Source: an uncultured Gemmatimonadales bacterium
GTDB lineage: Bacteria > Gemmatimonadota > Gemmatimonadetes > Gemmatimonadales > GWC2-71-9
Length of the DNA stretch: 64,000 nucleotides
Reading direction: 5' to 3'
Assembly (NCBI GenBank): GCA_963828735.1
Contig: CAWHFW010000005.1
Span: 768,001-832,000, forward strand
The notes under the pieces are model-generated. The model worked only from the letters and a program-made list of their open reading frames with translations, did not search any database and was not told the origin of the DNA. Position numbers and translations under genes: made by a program. Positions 10,381-20,983 of this stretch are shown here, piece by piece. Positions within the stretch are counted from its first letter, which is position 1, and each line of letters starts with the position of its first letter.

Positions 10381-10917
10381 ATGCGCTCCTATCTCACTGC
10401 CGGAGCCCTCTGGCTCGGCGCCGTACTCACGATCGGCTGCTCGCCCGAACAATCTCTTCCGACTGGACCGGCCGAGCCGGGGCCTGCATTCGCGGGCGCT
10501 CCTTGGGGCCCGGAAGATCCCCGCTTCAACCTGGAGGTGATCCTCCGCAGTCCGACGGGCAGCCGAGGCTTCGGCCACGTCGCGTTCCGCCAGCCCAACG
10601 ACGACCTGCTCGTCATCGAGTTGGGAACTTGGGTGCGGGATCTCCCGCCGAACTCCAGTTTCGTGCTTCAACGCGCCGTGGACACCCAGCTCGATGGGGT
10701 GTGCACCAGCACGACGTGGCTTACCCTGGGTAAGGGCCTCAGTCCACAGACGCTCGACACCGATGCGTCAGGGGGCGCGCGGGAGGATCTCTTCAGGAAC
10801 GTCGCGGCGTTCCCCGTCGGGGCGACATTCGACATCCACTTCCGGGTAGTCGATGCGGCGACACAGTCGGTGGTGGTGCTCGCGAGCGACTGTTATCAGT
10901 TCACGATCAGCCAGTGA
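10381..10917 (+). CDS. Hypothetical lipoprotein
   Basis: GAGG RBS, signal peptide with lipobox LTIGC, beta-rich mature region with two further Cys. Confidence 0.75.
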   Translation: MRSYLTAGALWLGAVLTIGCSPEQSLPTGPAEPGPAFAGAPWGPEDPRFNLEVILRSPTGSRGFGHVAFRQPNDDLLVIELGTWVRDLPPNSSFVLQRAVDTQLDGVCTSTTWLTLGKGLSPQTLDTDASGGAREDLFRNVAAFPVGATFDIHFRVVDAATQSVVVLASDCYQFTISQ

Positions 10918-11032
10918 TGATGACTCCGACGCGGCGAAGCAGCCGGCGCGGCTCCCTATGGGCCGCGCATCCGGCCCTCTGCGACAGACTGCGAAGGGAG
11001 ACGCGTGCTGGTAGGCGAAGCCGTCATCGATC

Positions 11033-14001
11033 TCACCGTTCGCCCTCCCCCGTCAGCCGCTCCAGTCCGGCCCGGGCCTCTGCCACATAGGACGACAGCT
11101 CAGGATCGGGATGGCGCCACATGTCGACCACGAATTGATAGGAGCGGACGAGCTTCGTCGCGCCTGACCCAGACGCTCGGCGACCCGAGCCTGCAGCAGG
11201 CGCTGGAGCACGTTGAGTGCTCCTTCCCAGGTTTCCCAGTCGAGTACCGCCGCTGCAGCCGAGTCGTTCCCCTCGAGCCGCGAAAAGCTGGACGCGCAGG
11301 AAGTCCACGTCCGGGCGCCGGCTGATGCCGGCGAGCCGGCGCGCGGCCTCTACCGTATCGCGGCGCGCCAGGGCCAGGTAGACCTCACCGAGGCGGGCCA
11401 CCTCACGCTGCGTCGCGGCGGGTCTCTTCGTCATTCGCTCCCGCCGAGGCAGCGGCAAGCGCCCGTTCGATGAACGCATGGATCGAGGACGTGTCGCCCT
11501 GGCCGGCCCACCAGGGCAAGGGTCTGGACATGGGGCCTACGTCGGGGCCCTTGAGCCAGCTGCGAAAGACCGCCGCCGCTGTATCCTTGGGCACCACGCC
11601 GAACAGCGCGAGCGTGAGCAAGAGAAACCGGAGCCGCGATCCACCAGGATCGGCTGCTCTCGCAGCACGCGATAGCTCTCGCGCAGGTGCCCACGGTTCA
11701 TGAGGGCCATTACCAGGTTGTTGTTGGCGTCCGGCGGATACTGCATCGGGGCCCGGCCAGGGCGAGGCTGCACGAGCTGCCGAGCGAGCCAGACGTCCGT
11801 CTCGGCCGAATCGGGGCAGTGGCGGAGCATCCAGGTGACGTCCTTGAGCCTCTCGCCCGGAGCGTGTCGAGAACCGGCTGGATCTCCGCGCGCCAGCCAC
11901 CGGTGCCGTCGAGCAGGCGGGCGAGGACCAGTGCGTCGACGGGCGCGGCAGGCACGTTGTCGCGCGCGAGATGCATGGCGCGAGCAGGTCGGAGGTATCC
12001 CAAGGCTCGCCCGCAGTCGCCGCGATCCAGCGTGCGGAAGATCGGGATGCACATATGCCTCCGCGAACGTCGAGTCGAGGGCGATCGAGTGGTCGAACGC
12101 GTCCAGCTCTTGGGCCACGGTCGCCCCGACCTCGGTTCCGTAGTGCTCGCGCGCCTCGCCGAGCTGGTACCAGACCTCCGGATCGCCGGGATAGCTCCGG
12201 GTGGCCGCCTCGAGGATCTGGAAGCGCCGCTCACCAGCAGTGACCGGGTTGTCGAGTCGAGCCGGGGGTCGTCCGATCCGCCTGGAGCGAATCCGCTGTC
12301 ACCAGGAGACTGTCTCGCGGGGACAGCCCGTGGTTGAACCGTCCGGCCTGGAAGTAGAACGGGCGGCCGATCTCTGCGTCATGCGCGCCCTTCCATCCGT
12401 GGGCGAGGGCCAGCCGCCGGAGCGCCAGGGCGAAGGTGCTGTCGAGCTCGACGGCACGCTCGAAGCTCGCGATCGCCGAGTCGAGTGCGCCCCGGCGGAA
12501 ATGCTGCTCGCCCTGGAGGAACGCCTTGAGCGCGACGAGGGACCGGGTGCCCACGGACCCCAGGCGGACCGGCCCGCGGGCCGAGATCCCCAGATCCCGC
12601 ACGAAGGCCACCGAGAGCGAATCGGCGAGCGGAGCTCAGGCGCTCGGTGCGGTCTGACCGCTCGAACTCGCTGCGATGGATGCCCGTGGACGACGTCGAG
12701 CAGGGTCGCGCTCAGGCGCGCCGAATCGCCGCCGAGCCCGACCACCTGCCCAAACACTGCGAGCCGGGCCCCGGTGCGGCGCCCGAGCTCCCGGGCCGAG
12801 GCGGGATCGGCTCGCCCGCTCCAGCGGCGAAGCACGATCGTGGGCGAGACGGTGCGCAGCGGCCCGAGTCCGTCGAGGGTGCGGGCCAGCACGTCCACCA
12901 GCCCGTCGTGCCAGAGGGCTCAGCTTGGGATCGAGCACGTCGAACGGCGCGACCGCCACCAGGTTCGGATCCAACGTCGGAACCGGCGGGCGGCGCCACC
13001 GCCAGATCCCGAACGCTCCGAGCAGCGAGCAGGGCGAGGACCCCGAGCGGGATCCACCAGCGGCCTCCGTCGCTGCGCGCCGTCCGGGCGCGGCTGAGCA
13101 CGCGGCATCGCCTCCCGATCCGGGCTTCAAGGGCGTCCGCAAACTGCGCTGCGGTGGCGAATCGGTCAGCCGGCGAACGCGCCAGGGCCCGCGCGATCGC
13201 TCGCTCGATCGACTCCGGTACATCCCGGATCGTACTCAGGTGCGGCACTGGCTCGACCAGGCGCTTGGCGAGGATGACCTGGGGCGTACGGCCGGTGAAC
13301 GGGGGCTCGCCCGCCACCATCTCGTACAGCACGCAGCCGAGCGAGTAGAGATCGCTCCGGCCGTCGAGGTGGTCCTCGCCGGCGGCCTGCTCCGGGCTCA
13401 TGTAGGTCGGCGTGCCGAGCGCGAGCCCGGTCGCGGTGAGCCTCTCCCCGCCCGCGGTGCTCAGCGCTCGGGCGATGCCGAAGTCCGCCACCATCGCCTG
13501 GTCGCCCTGCAGCAGGATGTTCTCGGGTTTGATGTCCCGGTGCACGATGCCTTGCGCGTGCGCGTAGCCCAGCGCGGCGAGCACCTGGCGCGCGATCCTG
13601 AGGGCGTCATCCAGCGGGAGCTGCCTCTCGCGCTCCAGACGCTGACGGAGAGACTCGCCCACCACGTACGGCATGACGTAGTAAAGGAAAGTCGTGGGTC
13701 GTGAGTCGGGAGTCGTTGGGGTTCCTCTCCGACTTTCGACGACTCAGACGGCTTTCCCGGAGTCGAACAGCGGCAGGATGTGGGGGTGCTGGAGTCGGGC
13801 GGCGATCTGGATTTCGCGGAGGAAGCGCTCCGGACCGACGCCGGCGGCGAGCTCCGGCTGGAGCAGCTTGAGCGCGACCAGGCGATCGTGCTTCAGGTCG
13901 CGTGCGAGGTAGACGGTCGCCATCCCCCCGCGGCCGAGCTCGCGCTCGATCACGTATCGTCCTGCGAGGGCGGTCTCGGGGAGCGGCGAGAGGTCGGTCA
14001 T
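11033..14001 (-). CDS. Second Ser/Thr kinase + TolB/TPR region; several frameshifts and one in-frame TGA inside an inserted repeat
   Basis: Fragments 13744-14001 (GRGGMA..VALK), 12712-13674 ([21 protein letters not shown]) and downstream VAVAPF/TPR pieces ending YQFVVDMWRHPDPEL..RLTGEGER. Confidence 0.8.
13691..13749. repeat. Heptamer (GTCGnnn) tandem repeat with imperfect inverted arm, inserted inside the kinase gene
   Basis: GTCGTGG GTCGTGA GTCGGGA GTCGTTG, spacer, then TCCGAC TTTCGAC GACTCAGAC. Confidence 0.7.
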
Positions 14002-14004
14002 TTG

Positions 14005-14125
14005 CTACTGGTCGCCGACGAGCCCCGCCAGCTCGGCCCGCGCGCTGTCCCGCTCAGGCGTGAAGGGTGGCGCGGGATCGGCGAGCGCCAGGTCGTGCTG
14101 GTTGGCGTGGATCGCGCTGGCCGGG
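14005..14125 (-). pseudogene. Relic C-terminus of a lost kinase paralog
   Basis: Reads AIHANQHDLALADPAPPFTPERDSARAELAGLVGDQ*, matching the end of kinase 3 ([34 protein letters not shown]); shares CGCTGTCCCGCTCAG (14043 and 14268). Confidence 0.65.
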
Positions 14126-14229
14126 GCGCACGCCGGGGGGACTCTTCGCGATCCATCATGGTGAAACCTTCTCTCCCCTGAGGCAACCCACGTCGCCTCC
14201 CGCGCCCGAATTCGCGCTATCAGCTATCG

Positions 14230-17175
14230 CTATCGCTCCCCGACGAGCCTCGCCACCTCCGCGCGCACGCTGTCCCGCTCAGCCCGGAGCGGCGGCTCGG
14301 GATCCGATCGGAGCGCGAGGTAGTGCTGGTAGGCGCTCGATCGCGCCGGCCGTGTCGCCGGCGAGCGCGGCTAGGCGGCCTTCCTCCCGGAGGTAGGTCG
14401 AGAGATATCGCGGCGTACGCAGGCCGTACTCCCGGCGCCGGACCGTCGCGAGCGCACGCGGCAGGTTGCCTTGCTTCTCCAGCAGGCGGGCGAGGACGAG
14501 GTTCCAGCCCTCACCCCACCACCCGTCGGCCCCTCGCGCTACGAGCGAATCCAGTCGGGCGACGAGCGCCCGCCGCGTTCGGCTGTCGAGCCGGCGGTCG
14601 CGAGCCACGCTTCGAGCAGGTCCGCGCACATGGAGGCGTTGACAGCGACGGAGGCCGAGTCAGCGGCGGAGAGTCCCGGCACGACGGCCGCCCGAAGTCG
14701 CGCGATGTCCGGCCGCACCGAACCCAGTTCACCACGCGCCAGCCGCCATTGCTGCACAAAGCAGATGTCGTCGTACTGCGCCCTGCGGTCGTCCGTGCCT
14801 GACGCCAGCACGCGGGTGCGGCGAAGCCGCACCCGTACCGCCTCGTCTGCTGCAGCGGAGTCCCCATCCCAGTACACGGCATCGGTGATGCGGCTCGGCG
14901 GGGAATCGTCGAACTCTCGTTCGATTTCTGGTGGAGGCGGCCAGCCCCTCGCGCGGGCGTCCACCGTTCATCGCCAGCTGGTACTGGAGACGGAGCGCGT
15001 CCCGTCGTGCCGAGTCCGAGTCGGCTCGCTTGAGCAGGATGGCGACCGCCCGGCGGGCATCATCGAGCCTCGCGCCGGTCTCCTGGCTCCGTTCGAAGAT
15101 GTTGAACAAGTTCTTCCCACTCAGCTGATCGAATCGCGCACGGATCCGTGCGAGCGCCGCGGTGTCGCGCAGCGTATACGCCATCTGCCAGCGGAGGTAG
15201 TCGGCGTCGTCGCTCCCCGAGTCGGCCGTGAGCGCAATGGTCCCGAGGCGGCGGACCGAAGCGGTGTCCCCCTCCGCGGCGGAGAGATCGAACAGGTGCA
15301 GGAGGGGTTCGGCATAGGACGAGTCGAGGTCGAGCGCCCGGCGGAAGTCGGCGGCCGCCCGCTTCAGGGGTGCGTCGTAGCCGGCTAGGGCGCCCCAGTG
15401 GTAGAAATGATCACCCAGCTCGTACCATCCTTCCGGGCTCTCCGGCACCGCCGCCACGATCTCTTGCAGAGCGGCGATTTTCTCCTCGAGCGACAGCGGC
15501 GGGCCGTTGGGATAATTGGGCCCCGTCCAGGGGGCAATGAGCGCCCGATCGCGCGGGCTCAGCCGGTCGCGCCCGGCCCAGGCCAGCCGGAGCCCCCGCC
15601 AGTGATCGTTTCCACCGTCCCAGAACTTGGCCTCGTTGAGCCCCACGCCCGCGAGCGCGAACGTGGAGTCGAGGTCGAGCGCATGGTTGAAGCTCTGGAA
15701 CGCGTCTCGGAAGCGGCCGGCGCGGAGCGCCGCCTGGCCGTCGATGTAGGCTCGAAGCGCAGGCAGCGAAGTAAGGGTCGCTAGCTCGGTGCGCCCGCTC
15801 TCGCCGGCCAGGAGCTGGGCGGTGAGCCGGTCCACCAGCGCAGGAAGGCTGTCCGCCGTGCCCGTGACGCTGGCCCGTGACCTGGTGGCGCCGCCAGGAA
15901 CCGTAAGGACCGACGCGGTGAGCACCAGCTGCTCCGGAGTACCCACCACGCCGCCATCCACCAGGCGTCCGGCACCGAGCCCGCGGGCCACATTCGCCGC
16001 CGCTTCAGGCGAGAGGTCGCTGGCCCCCAAGTGGAGCGCGCGATGCCAGCGACTCAGCAGGGCACGGGGATCGAGCGCTCTTGGACCGCCCTCGCCGGTC
16101 AGCTTGACCGCGAGGAGATCGACGATTCCTTCCCGCAGGTACCCCAAGGCGGGGGCCGCACCTGCGACCCTGAACGGCAGGACAGCGACCAGCCCGGGGT
16201 CAACTCCTTCGGCCGACGCAGGACTTTGACGCCAGCGAAAGACTCCGATCGCGAACGCGATCGTCCCGACAGCTGCGGTGATCGCTCCGGCTGTCTGGCG
16301 AGGGAACGGGCGCGCACGGGGCGTGCGAGGCGCTCGCTCGGCCGCCATGAGCGCATGACTGAACTGCTCGACGGTCGCGAAGCGATCGGCCGGCACTTTC
16401 TCGAGCGCCCGTAGGACTGCCTGCTCCACTCCTCCGGGATGTTTCGCCGCACAGTGCGGAGCGGCGCGACCGGATCCAAGGCGTGGCGCGCCAGGATCGC
16501 CTGCGCGGTCGGGCCGGTAAACGGCGGCTCGCCGGCCAGCATCTCGTACAGCACGCAGCCGAGGGAGTAGAGGTCGCTCCGCGCGTCGAGCTGGCCGTCC
16601 CCGGCCGCCTGCTCCGGGCTCATGTAATGTGGCGTGCCCAGCGCAAGGCCGGTCTCGGTCAGCTTCTCCGTGCCGGCCGCGTGAGCGCGCGGGCGATGCC
16701 GAAGTCGGCCACCAGGCACTGCTCGCCCGACAGGAGGATGTTCTCCGGCTTGATGTCGCGATGGATGATCCCGTGCTGGTGCGCGTAGCTCAAGGCACCG
16801 GCGACCGCGGCCGCGATCCGGAGGGCGTCCTCCACCGAGACCTGCCGCTCACGCACGAGGCGTTGGCGGAGGGACTCACCCTCGACGAACGGCATCGTAT
16901 ACCAGAGCAACCCGTCATCGCCGCCCGAGTCATGGACGGGGAGGATGTGCGGGTGCTGAAGCCGTGCGGTGACTCGGATCTCCCGAAGGAAGCGCTCGGC
17001 ACCGAGCGCGTGGGCGAGCTCCGGGCGCAAGACCTTGAGCGGCAACCAGGCGATCGTGCTTGAGGTCGCGCGCGAGGTAGACGATAGCCATCCCGCCGCG
17101 CCCGAGCTCGCGCTCGATGGCGTAGCGGTCCGCCAAAGCGGAGTGCAGTCCGGGAAACGCCTCAGCCGAGCTCAT
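14230..17175 (-). CDS. Third Ser/Thr kinase + TolB/TPR region (frameshifted)
   Basis: [57 protein letters not shown]; stop TAG at 14230-14232. Confidence 0.82.
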
Positions 17176-17322
17176 GGCTGATCCTCTCCGGCAGCCGAGG
17201 GCTGCCGGCGAAGCAAGCCAGCGAGGCTTTCGCTTCCTCGACTGAAGGTTGGCCGCTCGGGAAGCCGCCACTCCCGCGATGCCAGCGTCTGACCGGCACT
17301 GCTGTCGGGCCTAACGGTGAAA

Positions 17323-17369
17323 GCGTCGCGGTCGCCGAGCGCGGTTTGCAGGCGGGGAAGGACGTCCAT
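17323..17369 (-). pseudogene. Relic N-terminus of a kinase paralog
   Basis: MDVLPRLQTALGDRDA resembles the starts LQEALADRY / LHSALADRY, then similarity stops. Confidence 0.5.
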
Positions 17370-17564
17370 CACGGCGATTCGCTTGGGGAGGCCTAGGTAA
17401 GCTACGGCCCCGGCACGGGGTTTACCACCGGAGGCAAGCCCGAGGAGCCGGACGCACTGCATCGAGCGGACAGGGAGTGCTGCCTGACGGCCTTTCTGGC
17501 CTCTGGCGCGACGAGAAGGACCGGATTCGCAACATCTCCCTCGCAGCGCTCGACCGCGGGGCGG

Positions 17565-17593
17565 TGGACATTTCCCGACCCGTCCCGTATCGT
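17565..17593 (+). promoter_or_regulatory. Putative sigma70 promoter for the TonB receptor operon
   Basis: TGGACA-N17-TATCGT. Confidence 0.45.
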
Positions 17594-17733
17594 GGTGCCA
17601 TCACCCACAACTGATTCAGCAGCCGCTCGGCAACCGATCTGCGCCCTCTGATTGGACAGGGGGATGGCTGCCATTCCTTCGCCCGAGTCCTGGGCTCCGG
17701 CGTCCGCCCATCAGCGCGAAGTCTCGATCGCTC

Positions 17734-20700
17734 GTGCGATGGGTCTTCGTGCTCGAGTGCCTGCTCTTGACTCAAGCCCACCTGCTGCGCGCTCAGGCGC
17801 CCACCGGCACGATCGAAGGCCATGTCAAGAACCAGGCCGGCGGCGTTATCGCTGAAGCTCAGGTGATGATCGTCGGCACCGCCTTCGGTGCCCTGACCGA
17901 TTCCCGCGGACACTACTTCATCAACAACATTCCCGCCGGTCCGGCGACGGTTCGCGCCCTCTTCGTGGGCTTCGGTCCGGTGGAGATGCAGCAATCTCCG
18001 GGTGCTCGCCGGCCAGACGGTCACCCGGGATTTCGCCCTGGAGAGCGTCATCCGGTGCAGCTCCAGGGATCGAGGTTATGGTCGCCCGCAACGCGCTGGT
18101 CCCGCGTGACGAGGTGACGACGACGCAGCGGGTGCAGGGTGACTTTCTCGTGCGCCTGCCCGATCGATCGCGTGAACGAGCTGCTGGCTCTGCAGCCAGG
18201 CGTTGACGCAACCGGCCGCGCGGCGCCTTGGCACTCTCCATTCGGGGCGGGCGACCCGACGAGGTCGCCGTCTACGTGGATGGCGTACCGGTGACCCCGG
18301 CTATCGCGGCCTCGGGCTCGCCACGCCCAGCACCCAGCTCAGCGTCGGCACCAACGGGGTCGAGGAGGCCGCCGTCATCGACGGGATCGCCGTCGGCCGA
18401 GTTCGGCAATGCCCAGTCCGGCTTGGTCTCGCTGGTCACCCGGACTGGCGGCACGACGGTACAGCGCGGCGCGGTCAGCTACGAGACCGACGAACCGTTC
18501 GGCGTGAATCACGGTCTCGGGCTCAATCGGATCGAGGCCAGCATCGGCGGACCTCTCGCCCGCCACCTCACGTTCTTCGCGGCAGGTGTGTCGAGGGCCA
18601 GCGGTCGGCAGCGGCCGGGCGCGGCAGCGAAAGGCCCCGCTCTTCGTCTCGGCCGGCCAGGATACCGTCGTGGCGGTCCCCCTCGATCTCCTCCGCACTG
18701 CGGATACGACCGACGTACCGGTGTACCGGCTGGCGGCGTATCGGGGACACTGCGACGAGTTTTCCGCAAGAGCGCCAACCGGGTATCCGCACCAACTACG
18801 GCTTTAACTGCCAGGGGAATCCGGATTCCCAGCAGCCCAACCTCCACCTACGAGCTTCAGGGCAAGCTCACCTACTCGTTCGGCACCGGTTCCCGTGTGG
18901 GCTTGAGCTACCTGCGCAGCCAGACCCAGGAGCGTGCATTCGACTACGCCAATCTGTACAACTGCGCGGTCGCTCTTCGGGATCCGGGACTGGAGCGACG
19001 TTCTCACGCTCACCTGGACCCCCAATCTCGCGCGTTCCGCGAAGCGCGCGCTCGCACTCGAGGTCTATCTCTCGTACCAGCAGAATCGATCCATCAGCAG
19101 CCCCCTGACACCGGAGAGCGAGCGGGGCAGCCGTGACCCATTCGGCGGCTATCTGATCCGGCCGCTCGGTTTCCTGTTCGACTTCGACAACTTCCCGCTC
19201 GACCAGGCACTGGTCGAGAATGTTCGCCTCAATCGCCCGGGGTCCCGACGGATCACCGATCAAGATCGAGAGCCCGCCGACTTCAATCTCGTCGACGAGT
19301 TTCGAAACAATGCCTACGGACTTCGCGGCTGGAGTGAGGCGGGTGGGCCGGCCGGGCGCATGCGACTCTACCGCGAGAATCGGTACATCGCCAAGGCGAA
19401 CCTGGATTGGCAGGTCGACCGCTACGACCGGCTCAGGCTCGGCGGGGAGGTCAACGCGCTACTCGATCGGACGCTACGAGTCCGAGCTGGCCGCGGTCGG
19501 CGATGCCTACCTCGAGCGGCCGGAGACGGTGGAACGTCTTCGTGGAGGATCGGCTGGATCTCGGCGACGTGGTCGCTCATCGGCGGCCTGCGCTACGACA
19601 GCTATGCGTCTCGCGCCAGCCGTCCGTTTCTCCTGGATACGGTGGCCGCCAGCCCGACGTTCGGGCAATACCTCAACATCGAGGGCGCGCCGATCTATGA
19701 GGTCGGTGGAACCTTCGACGACCGGCCGCTGGTCATCACTCGACCGGACCGGAGCCACGGGTACCTCAGCCCGCACATCCAGGTGTCCTTTCCGGTTAGC
19801 GACCGGACCAACCTTCGACTCTCCTACGCCCACCAGGTGCGAGGCCCCCGACTTCGCGCTGGTCCTGGACGGCGTGAACGTCGGCGGGCGTGGGGCCGAC
19901 CTGGCGTTCGGCAAGACGATCAGCTTCGAGTTCGGGGCTCGCCATGCCTTCAGCGACGACATGGTCCTCGACATGGCGGTCTACAACCACGACAACCTCG
20001 CGCTTGCGTCGGCACGGACCTTTCTCGTCGACGATCCGGTCGCGGCAGCGCAAGAGCACCGTCGTTCGGGTGACGAACGCGGATTTCGGGAATGTCGCGG
20101 CGTGGACCTGCGGCTCGATCGGCGATTCGGCGACGTGTTCAACGGCACGATCAGTTACACCTACCAGACGGGCCAGGAGTACCGCCGTCCGATCCGCTGG
20201 ACATCCAGGATCGAGGAGTCACCGCGGTGAACGAGCTGGGCGGAATCGTGAGCCCGCCACCTCAGGCGATCATCCCGACGGGGTGAGCCGGCCCCACGAC
20301 CTGACCGCGACGTTCGCCCTGGCCGCTTCCACCCGGCTGGCGAAAAGGGAGCGTCCTCGGTACCGTGCTCGGCAACCTCGGTCTCTTCGGCACCGCGCGC
20401 TTCGCCAGCGGGACGCCGTACACGCCGTGCCGCGAGCCCAGGGCGAGTGGGGATGCCGGCACGACGGGCGCGGACGAACAGTGCTCGACTTCCCAGCTCC
20501 AGGCAGTTCGATCTTCGGCTGACCAAGAGGCTTCGGTCTCGGCCGCGCTGGGATCACCGCTTACGTCGATGCCCGGAACGTTTTCAATTTCACCAATGTC
20601 CTCCAGGTCTTCTCCGTCACGGGGAGCACCGTCAATGCCGCCCGACCATCAAGTGCGCTGGGCGGCCGACAGCACCTCCTTCGCCGAGGATGCGCGTGCG

Positions 20701-20980
20701 ACGGAGCGTGTACTGGGGCTGACGGGGCCATCGATCTCAGATTCAACGGTCTGGTCGCGTCGGGCTGCAACGCCTGGGTGACCGCCAGCACCCGCGCGGC
20801 CGCGCCCGATTGCGTGTATCTGATCCGTGCCGAGGAGCGGTTCGGCGACGGTGACCACGTGTTCACGCTCGCCGAGCAGCGCCGCGCGTCCGACGCGTTC
20901 TATGCCTTCGACCAGCGGGCCGTACAACTTCACGGGACGATCCTCGCCGGCTGCGGCTCGGGATCGAGGTGACGTTTTGA
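17734..20980 (+). CDS. TonB-dependent receptor with N-terminal carboxypeptidase-regulatory-like domain (many frameshifts)
   Basis: Signal peptide, TGTIEGHV..GALTDSRGHYFINNIPAG, plug LSIRGGRPDEVAVYVDG, AEFGNAQSG, GGLRYD, C-terminal RLRLGIEVTF*. Confidence 0.8.
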
Positions 20981-20983
20981 TGC

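Noticed and set aside
13744..13746. Selenocysteine or programmed readthrough at the in-frame TGA of kinase 2
   Set aside because: Position is a non-catalytic inserted loop in an error-rich region; error or inactivation is simpler
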